64,000 nt of DNA from Octopus vulgaris (Eukaryota). The position numbers were made by a program, and so were the translations under genes. The DNA lies in the NCBI GenBank assembly GCA_951406725.2, contig OX597824.1, forward strand, positions 45,508,001 to 45,572,000, read 5' to 3'. Below the pieces are notes generated by a model. It had not been told where the DNA came from and made no database searches. It saw only the letters and a program-made list of their open reading frames with translations. Positions 53,033-64,000 of the stretch are shown here, piece after piece; the stretch's first letter is position 1; the number at the start of each line of letters is the position of its first letter.

Positions 53033-55468
53033 CTACAAGAACAATTATGAACAACCAATTATACACAAACAAGTACACTGAAAAAAGTAACAAGCATATT
53101 CAGGTACAATTGCAGATATAACTAAAAATAGCAACACCACCACACTGTTCTGCTAGCATCCACAATGAAATAATAGGCTAATTTATACAAAGTTTTGAAT
53201 TTGTTTGCTTTATACCATTTTTTTTTTACTTATTATCACCCACCCTCTTTCACAATAAAAGAACAAAAAGGACAGGATTTGCCTCACATAAGAGTTGAGA
53301 ATTGTTTCAATTTTATTACCACGGCAAGGTAGCAATATGTATTTCATATATAAAATCACAAATATACATACTTCTACATACATAATTGGAAACTAAATTC
53401 ATGTGTCATTACCCACTCAGACAATAAAGTAACATTTATTTCCCAGTGTTTTTCTTAAATTTGTGTAAATCAAAATTAAGCAACAACTATAAAATATAAA
53501 AATACTGCAGATAGATATAAATAGTATGTGTTCTTTTTGCCTATTGGTCAACCAATACATAAGCTGCTACTTATTATTCACATGCTGTTTAGACCTAAGT
53601 GAGTTTTGATCAAGCAGACATATAATGAATGACATTCTAATGGTTAGCCATCCTATGAAGTATTTTGGTGCAAGTGCATCCAAGATTATATCATCCAATG
53701 CATTTCTTTTTTTACATATGCTACACTGTAATGTAAGGAAAATGGCAAGCTGAGCAACTATGTAAGAGGTTTCCTCATTGGTTTGTTAGATGGTCAAATG
53801 ACACTGTGATACTGCTATATGCTCAGTGTATTCTTTAAGCTAGTTATTGCACAACAGCAACATTGATTCTTTCTGTTTTACCATGTGCACCTTTGCTCTC
53901 TTCATAGCATGTTTTACTTTGTCATTCTCCCTTTCACTAACTTTCTCAAACCCTCCTAGTTTCTCTACATGCTGTTTTTCTTTTAAGCAAAACAAAAATG
54001 AAATTGAACTTAATACAAATGTAGAATTATGTACCATGTGTCACACATCATATATATGCAAGCAAGCCTTTTAGTCAGTGCTTTGAACTAAGCAGATGGA
54101 AACAAAATGAAAGAAACTTCAGGGTTTTCCATCACTAACATAAGAGAATTCAAACTCAAACAATGGACATTATTCTTAATATCTCATAATGTTACTTAAC
54201 TAAAAGTAAATATTAGAACTATTTTGCAATTGAACTTTTAGTGACTGAGTTGAAATCTTGCTGCATAACTTTTCAACACAGGCTTAAAATAAATTCCTTC
54301 TTTTTGAAGAGAAACATTTGAAAAGTATTGAAGATTTATGGCAATACATTTCTATAAGACTATTTACTCCTTTAAACACATACCTACAAAGATGTATGTG
54401 TTCTGTATCTATATATATATCAGATATCCAAAACACACATTTTCTCACAGTAAAGTGGTAACTTGAAATTTATATCAAGATTCTCCTAACATGAATGATA
54501 GTTCAGTAACCTCAGGTGAAAATTTAAATTGTATATTGTTTAGATACTATTTTCATTTGTTCATTTATTTTACAGCAATTTTTCTATGCTGCCACAGGAT
54601 GAAGTGATATATTTTCTGCTGGATGCTCTTCCTATTGTCAGCCCTTAGTTCAAGTAAAGGACTTTCTGTATTCCACTTAACTTTGAAAGTGCAGAGACAG
54701 GATATAATATTCACTGGTAATGTAAAGATGATATATCTAGCTTGAGCAGTATCATGTAAAATAATGGAAATGGCAACTTCATGCATTTATGAACACACAA
54801 CAGGCTTCCACACAGTTTCTACTAGCCAATATCACACTCACAGGATATTGTTGGCCTAAAGCTCTAGAACACCAAACTTGAAACTATGTGGTTTGAAAGT
54901 AAACTTAACTATACAGTCATTTCTTTTTCCATAATTTATTTTCTTTAAAAATCGTCTACAATGTCATTTAAATGAAGTCTTAATACATACATAATAGCAA
55001 CAATTAACTCAAATTTAATACTCCTCTACAAGGCTATTTGATCATAAAATTCTGGTTGTTCAAGCATGTATTATATTACATACAATATTCAGGAAGTATT
55101 TGAAGAATTAAAAACATAGTTTTTGATGAAATGTTGATGTTTAACAACACATAACTATTTTGTTATCTTAAGTACAACTAAGAATCAAAATATTTTTACA
55201 AATATTAAAAAAGAAAAATTCAGTAAAATACTTTTGATCTGAAATGTTTAAAATAACTGATTTTCCATATGTGATTTGTTTTTGTTGACAGAATGGTTTC
55301 CAAATCTTAATTGGAATATATGTCAAGGCTGAAAAAAGGAGAAGCAAGAAGGTAAATGGTCGTTTATCTCAATGCCATAAAAGGTTTTTGTATAAACGCC
55401 AGGGAAGGGGGTTGAATATATAAAATAAGCAAAATTAACCCTTATATGCCTTCCCTCTTGCAAAATCA

Positions 55469-55716
55469 TCTATATATGTAAAGATGAGAATGTGTGTCTG
55501 TCTGTCTGTGTGAATCCCTAAAACTCGTGAACTACACAACTGATTTCGTTCAAATTTTACACAAGCCTTACTTAGGGTCCATGTAGTGTTATAGGCCAAA
55601 AAATTTTAAAGCTTCTTGCCTAATGTGAGTCCAGAGCAATCTCTTATGCCTTCCACTATTTCAGTATTACGTGTCAAAAGTGAAACAATAACACTTCTCT
55701 ATTGTAATGTCAGATA
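55469..55716 (+). mobile_element. 5' part of a non-autonomous Helitron-like element, interrupted by mariner
   Basis: a|TCtatatatgtaaagatgagaatgtgtgtctgtctgtctgtg...tgatttcgttcaaattttacac is the TC-TATATA start plus (GTCT)n typical of non-autonomous Helitrons; 3' end not found. Confidence 0.55.
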
Positions 55717-56970
55717 TCAGGGCGTCCCATAAGTTCTGTCCGAATTTTGAATAAAGAAAACAAGTAATCAAATGTTATATTTAATTGAAATTTAATCATC
55801 AATGTACTTTCCCTGATTATCTATAACTTCCTTCAATCTATTTACAAGCTTTTTAATCCTATCAATGTAAAACTCTTTTGGTTTCAAAGTGAAGAACTCT
55901 GAAATGTCAGTTTTGACCTCCTCCTGTCCCCCAAATGATTCTGTAAACTACGAAACAAATGGTAGTCTGAAGAAGCAAGGTTGGGAGAATAAGGTGGATG
56001 AGGAATTTTTTCACAACGAAGATCTTCGATCTTCTGTGATGTGATCTTTGCAGTGTGGGTTTGCACATTGTCCTGATGAAACATCACTCCTTTCCGATTC
56101 CCTAAAGCGGGTCTTTTTTCTTCAAAGCTTGGTTCAAACGCTCTAATTGCTGACAGTAGACTTGAGCATTGATTGTTGCATTAAGTGGTAACAATTCAAA
56201 GTGAATTACACCTTTGTAATCCCACCAGATAGAGAGAAGGAACTTTTTCTCATGAAGTTCCCTTCTTGGTTGTGGTTGAGCTTTTTCACTTTTACCAAGC
56301 CACTGTTTATGACGTTTAACATTTCAATAGAAGATCCATTTTTTGTTACTAGTCACAAGTCTATCCAAAAAGGGTGAAATGAGTTCGCGAGAATGGAAAG
56401 AACAGATGTCAACTTGGGATTTGCAGTTGCTTTCAGACAATGAGGCACCCATTTTCCAAGTTTAGGAACCTTTCCAAGTTGTTGAAGATGACGAACAGTT
56501 GTATGGTTTGAACTAAGCTTTACTGCCAATTCTTCAACTGATAATGCAGGATTTTCTTCAAGTAATGCATCAGGGAGCTTATCAAAACTCAACTGGATGT
56601 CCTGTTCAATCTTCATCTCCAAGGCTGAAACTCCACTTCTGAATTTTGCAAACCATCTTCTGCAAGTTCTTTCATTCAAGCATTCTTTCCCATAAACTGA
56701 GTGTATGTTTCAAGTCGCTTTGGCTGCAGTTTCCTTTTTTGTACACATAAAGCATTATGTATCAAATGCTCTTTGGATATTTCCATATTAGAAATGGTTT
56801 TAATCAAAGAAATTTTAATTCTATTATTCTATAAAATAATATTTAATTAGTTTAAATGTACACAAATGCATGAAAATAATTTTAAATTCCATTTGACATT
56901 CTAAAATACTATTGAATTCCATTAAATTTTTAAAAAGGTAAAATCAGACAGAACTTATGGGATGACCTGA
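55717..56970 (-). mobile_element. Near full-length (1254 bp) mariner element with inactivated transposase
   Basis: TA|tcagggcgtcccataagttctgtcc ... agacagaacttatgggatgacctga|TA. Motifs RWFAKFRSG, LGKWVPH, FHQDN, HPPYSPNLASSDYHLF; frameshifted. Confidence 0.93.
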
Positions 56971-57000
56971 TACTTTCACTTTAATAGTTTAATTATTATC

Positions 57001-58024
57001 TCACATATATACATACATATATACATATATATATACATACATATATATATATACATACATACATATATATATACATACATATATACATACATACATATAT
57101 ACATACATACATATATATATATATACATACGTACATATATACATACATACATATATATATACATACATATATACATACATATATATATACATACATATAT
57201 ACATACATATATATATACATACATATATATATACATACATATATATATACATACATATATACATACATATATATATACATATATATATACATACATATAT
57301 ATATACATACATATATATATACATACATATATATATACATACATATATATATACATACATATATATATATACATACATATATATATACATACATATATAT
57401 ATACATACATATATATATACATACATATATATATACATACATATATATATACATACATATATATATATACATACATATATATATACATACATATATATAT
57501 ATATACATACATATATATATATACACATACATATATATATATATACATACATATATATATATACACATACATATATATATATACACATACATATATATAT
57601 ATATACATACATATATATATATACACATACATATATATATATATACATACATACATATATATATATACATACATACATATATATATATACACATACATAT
57701 ATATACACATACATATATACACATACATATATATATATACATACATACACATACATATATATATATACATACATACATATATATACACATACATACATAT
57801 ATATACACATACATATATATATATACACATACATACATATATATACACATACATATATATATATACACATACATATATATATATATATACATACATATAT
57901 ATATATATATACATACATATATATATACATACATATATATATACATACATATATATATACATACATATATATATACATACATATATATATACATACATAT
58001 ATATATATACATATATATATATAC

Positions 58025-58055
<31 letters not shown>

Positions 58056-58080
58056 ATAATATATATATATATATACATAC

Positions 58081-58121
<41 letters not shown>

Positions 58122-58125
58122 CATA
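57001..58125. repeat. ~1.1-kb (TA)n/(CATA)n microsatellite
   Basis: acatacatatatatat-type units; source of spurious 360-382 aa ORFs. Confidence 0.97.
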
Positions 58126-58555
58126 CATCATCATCATCATCGTTTAGCGTCCGTTTTCCATGCTAGCATGGGTTGGACGGTTCTACTGGGGTCTGTGAAG
58201 CCAGAAGGCTTCATCAGGCCCAGTCAAATCTGGCAGTGTTTCTACGGCTGGATGCCCTTCCTAACACCAACCACTCCGAAAGTGTAGTGGGTGCTTTTTA
58301 CGTGCCACCCGCACAGGTGCCAGACAGAGCTGGCAAACGGCCACGAACGGATGGTGCTTTTTATGTGCCACCGGCACGAGGGCCAGGCGAGGCTGGCAAC
58401 GGACACGAAACGGAAGGTTCTCTTACATGCCACCGGCACTGGTAACACATCTGCAATTTCCATTGATCGATTTCGATTCTGATCCTCACTTGCCTCAACG
58501 GGTCTTCACAAGTAGAGTTTCGACATGCCACCGGCACTGGTAACACATCTGCAAT
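58126..58555 (-). mobile_element. RTE LINE 3'-UTR fragment embedded in microsatellite
   Basis: (GAT)n tail, ggaaaacggacgctaaac terminus, aggaagggcatccagccgtagaaac and three gtgc.ggtggca units; microsatellite on both sides. Confidence 0.9.
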
Positions 58556-58636
58556 ATATATATATACATACATACATATATATATATACATACATATATA
58601 TATATACATACATATATATATATACATACATATATA

Positions 58637-58677
<41 letters not shown>

Positions 58678-59049
58678 ACATACATATATATATACATACA
58701 TACATATATATATACATACATACATATATATATACATACATACATATATATATATACATACATATATATATACATACATATATATATATACATACATATA
58801 TATATATACATACATACATATATATATACATACATATATATATACATACATATATATATACATACATATATATATATACATACATATATATATACATACA
58901 TATATATATACATACATATATATATATACATACATATATATATATACATACATATATATATATACATACATACATATATATACATACATACATATATATA
59001 CATACATACATATATATATACATACATATATATATACATACATATATAT

Positions 59050-59082
<33 letters not shown>

Positions 59083-59212
59083 CATACATACATATATATA
59101 TACATACATACATATATATATACATACATACATATATATATACATACATATATATATACATACATATATATATACATACATATATATATACACACACACA
59201 TACACCACACAC
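58556..59212. repeat. (TA)n/(CATA)n microsatellite
   Basis: Same unit type as 57001-58125. Confidence 0.97.
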
Positions 59213-59214
59213 AT

Positions 59215-59334
59215 AGGTGGCGGTATGGTAAGAAACTTGGTTCCAAAACACATGGTCCTGGGTTCAGTTCCATTGTGTGGTGACTTGGCATGTGTCTTCT
59301 GCTATAGCCTCAGACCAACCAAAAGAAATGAATC

Positions 59335-59418
<84 letters not shown>

Positions 59419-59560
59419 CTTTGTCTGTGTTTCTCTCTCATCACTGCTTGACAACTGCTGTTCATTTATTTACATCCCCATAACTTACTGGTTTGACAAA
59501 AAGAAACTGATAGAATAAGTACCAGGCTTATCAAAATAGAATAAAGCACTGGGCAGTGTC
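59215..59560 (+). mobile_element. tRNA-derived SINE (same family as 20010-20455)
   Basis: ggttcagttcc B-box-like, gtgtcttctgctatagcctc, central (TA)n(TG)n, gcttgacaac..gatagaataagtaccaggctta. Confidence 0.8.
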
Positions 59561-59635
59561 TCATATTTTTGTTTGCCCACTCAATTGTATCTATCAATCT
59601 ATCTTTTTGTGTATACATGTATATATATATATATA

Positions 59636-61269
59636 CTAGCAGTATCGCCCGGCGTTGCTCGGGTTTGTTTCGACCTGCTGGAATTGTAATTTTGAAAAGT
59701 AAAAATTTTGTGAACATTTTTCTGGTCGAAATACACCGAAAAGTGGCGACACAGCAGTGAAAAAATGGTAAAAAATAGGGATTTTCATAGAAAAAAGCAT
59801 CTTTTTGATGTAAATAATTTTTGGTGTTAACATGGTCCGATTTGAATTTTATGTTCTACGGAAGGAAGAGCAACCCTTCTTCTACCATACTCTCAATTTT
59901 GGTCAACTTGCGCCACAGGGTCTCGGAGGAGATAGTGTTAGTTGAAGGTTACCATTCTAGGTGCCTGAGTAACAACCTCGCGGATTTACAGATAAATGAA
60001 TTAATTACTATTTTACAGAATAAAATTAAATAATTCTTGAAAATTAATTAATATTAATATTTTTTGAACAAAGTAAATAATTTTTAAAACTTAAATAATA
60101 ATTTTTTTACACAAACGCGAACGGGGAAAAGGGGGTGGCGAATTCGATTTACATACCTAAATTTTTTCTTTTTCATGACATTGTAGCAAAATAGTAGTGA
60201 ATTATATAAATACCAGCAGTACATTTTTTTTTCAACCTCGTCACATATTTGCCCCTTTCAATTTAAACAAAGTCTTAAGCAATTACGGCAGCTTAGCAAT
60301 GGTTTCAATACAGGCGTGACATGTGTATCTCAATTGTTCAAAACCCTTCAAATTTTTTCGCACGTGATGATATCATAGTGAAAACTTTCAATTACGCGCG
60401 CTTAGAAGTACGCTCGCAAATTAATACTACCAAAATTTTGAAGTTCGCGCTCCGCTTGTGTGTGTGTGTGTGCGTGCTTTAGGTGTACGTAGGTATGTGT
60501 TTTTGTGTGTGTGTGTGTCACTGAAGCCATACATACATATATACATACATAACCTCTCTCTCTCTTTTCTCTCTCAGTCACTCACTACAAAAAGAGAATA
60601 AAAAAAGTTCAGTTATTTCTGTCTTTCACTGTCTGTCTCTTTACACACACTAACAAAAGCACTTCACTTACACACCACACTTTGTGTCGCACAACCCATC
60701 AAACACACACACACACACTCACGCACGCACACATGTACATCAATGCTTTCGGAGTGAAATGTTAAAATATTGAGTTTTCTCGAATTTTGTCTTAATTGGG
60801 GGTGAAATTGAAAGAAATATATTATGGCATGACCGAATGGAGTACTTTGAAAAATCTTAGGTAAACTCTAATTGAAGAAATTGTGTGAGGAGTAAATCGT
60901 TATGTATTTATTTGTTTCTGTTTGCTGTGTTTTTTTATTTTTTGAGTAGTGGTTTAAATACTTTCAGTTTAGTCTTCCTCAAATCACTCTGTCGCTATTT
61001 ACTTTCATTTTATTCGTTGCACACTGTGTGTGTGCATGTGCGTGTGGTGTAAACCACATTAAGAAAAGCATTTGACATACACACCAGAATGTGAGTTTTC
61101 TGTAAATTTTGCTTAATTGGAGTTTAAATTTTAAAAACTGGACCTGGCATGACCCGATGCATTCTACTCTTAAAAATGCTAGGTAAATTGTAATTGAAGA
61201 AATCCTATATTGTATATTTCTATAAGTTACAAAGGGAGGCAGATAAAATCTGCCTTTTATAATAAGAGA
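59636..61269 (-). mobile_element. Non-autonomous Helitron (~1.6 kb)
   Basis: Minus strand: A|TCtcttattataaaa at the 5' end; 3' hairpin CCCG-agcaacgc-CGGG followed by cgatactgCTAG|T; no TSD; internal ~110-bp repeat (60771-60881 / 61091-61204). Confidence 0.8.
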
Positions 61270-61318
61270 TAATACACACACACACATATATACATGTATG
61301 TATATGTGCATATTCATA

Positions 61319-62678
61319 TCTATTATATAAAAGTCAATGTCTTTATGCATGTTACTTATACATTTGAAAGCTGCTGCACCAATCCTAATGAAATTTGAAA
61401 CACAAAATCCAAGCCTAGGGAGAAGGGTAATGCTGTATGTTTCATGGACCAAAATTACTGAATGATATTTGGAACTTAGATTCAATGCATAAAGGTGGCT
61501 TAAAGGAGGCAGACCCCCACCCCCCATGAAAATTCATAAATTTTCAATGTTGATGAAATTTCAACCATGGGTAATTGACACACATCAAGAAGTATTCCCA
61601 AAGTTTCAACTTCTCATGACAATTCTTAAGTCCCAAATTTTAGTCATTTTTATGATCCAAAACTAGGTCAAAAGTACTGAATGGAAATTTAGAAATTATA
61701 TTCTATGCATAAGGGCAGATGTAATGCAGATATCTTTGGAAGTGAGGGGCCATAAATGAGGCCATAACCCCCATGAAAACTCATATAGTTTTGCTGTTGA
61801 TGAAATTTTACCATAGATGTTAGACACAAATGAAGTAATATTTCTAAAATTTCAACTTCTTAGAAGTTACAAAAACCCCTTAATGGGAACTTAACACCCA
61901 CAATTTAGTCATTTTTTCTAAGCAAAGACGAATACAATTGTACTCTTGGAAGCTGTAGGGTTACCCGAGCATAAAAGATGAGTGTTATTTGTCATTCAAT
62001 GATACAACAGTGTAAGACTTTGCTTTGAGATATACTTAGATTGTGATTTCTGCAATGCGGTGCATAAATTGTCAAGTAAAGGACAGGCATCTTTGCTTCC
62101 ACTGATTCAGTTGCAAAGTGTTGAGTAAAGATATTTGGTTGCAGACTTTCTTTGAGTCTTTTTATTACCACTGGGTTACAGATAGTCCCCAGATGGTAAC
62201 ACTGATTTCAAGGCCTTCCTAGATAAGTGACTGGTTATTCAAAGACATTTATAGATTTCAAATTTATTGTTTAATTACCTATCAGCATAGTGATCAAAGA
62301 AATTTGAACAATAGATATAAGACCCAAGTTAAAAAGATTCCCAACAATTCAACTTCTCTGGTTGACATTAAGACCCCTGCCCCCAATAGGGGCCTTAACT
62401 CCCATATTTTAGAGCTTCATTTTTCAGGGGCAAAAACCTTTCAATACATTCTGTAAGATTTGAATTTTGGAATCTGGGCATAAAGATGAGTAGTATGTCT
62501 CATGATTAGAAATTTTGTTAGGGTGTGTAAAGAGAGAAAGAACCCTCATTAAAATTCTTCATCCGCAATTTTGATGAAATTCAAATCATAAGTATTCCAG
62601 TTCATTACAGAAAATATAAAAGAAAAATCTAATTCCTCAATTTGATGTGATACAGGCAACGCCAGGTATCTCTGCTAG
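61319..62678 (+). mobile_element. Non-autonomous Helitron (~1.36 kb)
   Basis: A|TCtattatataaaagt at the 5' end; 3' caggcaacgccaggtatctctgCTAG|T; internal duplication starting at ~61521 and ~61768. Confidence 0.75.
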
Positions 62679-64000
62679 TATACACCTAATTTTCTTTATA
62701 GATTAATAAAAATAAAAAATACAGCTTAGAATTCATAAAAGATATCTGAAAAATTATACTAGAAAGAGAGTGATGAAAATAAATTGGCAATGAAATTTAA
62801 TAATGAAATGAAAAACAACTCAATGAAGAATTCTTTGTTATTGTTGCAGTAACCAAGAAAACAAGTGATTAGATTGTTTTTAATAATCAAAGCAGTAAGA
62901 GGTAATCAGGTGCATATTTGGCAGGTCTTTGTGAGGTTATCAGAAAATACACAGCCTAAACAGTTAGCCATACAGCAACTATCATATTTTAAATAAATCA
63001 AGCAAGCTTTCTCTACTCAGCTTATTGAGGTAATATGAGGGAAGGTTAAGACTCACCCACACAAGGGAGCTGTTATTAACTCCAGTATAGAGGAATGAGA
63101 TATATGCAAGTTCCAAAACCAAAGGCCACAATGGGGAAGTTTTGATCAATGTGTAAACCAAAATATTAACTTTGTTAATATTGCAGTATATCAATGAATA
63201 ATTCAACAACTGCAGTTAAATACCATTTAATCTTAAATGCCAACTTGCAGAAAATAGAATACAAATAACTTTTTAGCAAGCATCTGATATTTTATTAAGA
63301 AAGTGCTCAAAAATGATCTTCTGACAACATCACCTAATTGTTGCTGCATGTTGGTGTGTAAGTTAGAAATGGAGGGTACCCAGAGTTGAAATAAAGACCT
63401 GAGATGAACTAGTTAGATCAGATCACTGAATATTGTTGTAGGCTAAGAAACATAAAACAGCAACAAATGAAGTTGCTGAATTGCAGGTACATCCAACCCA
63501 ACCTAACATGGAAAAGTTGGATGATAAAGCATTGATAATGACTAAGCTAAATATTTACAAACAAAAAATAGTGAGAATCCTTGGTTTATATTTTCTATAC
63601 CAATAAGAGTTGAACAGGACAACAAATCTGCATAGCTGTGCATCAATTCCGATAAAGGTCTGCTCAAAATACCATACTTCTACTTTCAGTCAGCCATGGT
63701 GCACTTCTTCCACAAGTCCTATTAACCCTTTCAGACTTGGGCCCCTATATCTAACTTTACCTTCCGCCTGGGCTCATGAGCAAAATATAAATAGTTGCAT
63801 ATACAGCTCAAGAGTAATGACTGCAGGAAAACTAATAGATAGAATTATAAAAAAAATTCAGGAGAATAACAATAATAGGCCTATCTCTCAATTATCATAT
63901 TTGTTCACCCAAATCCTTACTTTTCTTATGACTGTCACCAGTTTGATTATCCAAATCCTTCACGCTGCCAGGGTAAGTGTAAACTCTTTGCCTGAAGAAT

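Noticed and set aside
52837-53058. ORF-track 73-aa ORF as a standalone gene
   Set aside because: Its ends (MVVHNCSC and VSWKLVLYN) are intronic read-through; the real exon is 53032-52867.

Overview
AT-rich, repeat-dense eukaryotic genomic DNA. The SINE, RTE and microsatellite repertoire looks like a coleoid cephalopod (Octopus-like); this is inferred, not searched. The only host protein-coding sequence I can support is two 166-nt exons on the minus strand (53032-52867 and 27739-27574). They splice in frame to give the EVH1 domain of an Ena/VASP (enabled) protein and are separated by a 25.1-kb intron, so the rest of the window is probably intronic. It holds RTE LINE copies (one young), a decayed Ty3/Gypsy internal region, two mariner elements, a Tigger/pogo remnant, two R4/Dong-like RLE LINE remnants and a Penelope-like RT fragment. 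It also holds non-autonomous Helitrons, TTAA-flanked piggyBac-type MITEs, tRNA-derived SINEs and kb-scale (TA)/(CATA) microsatellites, which cause the long spurious Y/I/M/C/H ORFs. Main observations: (1) a type I hammerhead ribozyme fold next to the Penelope RT; (2) a ~270-bp palindrome with a fossil hammerhead in each arm, one arm split by an RTE inserted in its (TA)n while the other arm keeps the empty site; (3) a C4HC3 PHD-type finger inside the RTE reverse transcriptase; (4) a tandem array of double-hairpin units in the RTE 3' UTR. Coordinates were read by eye; ends of decayed repeats are approximate.
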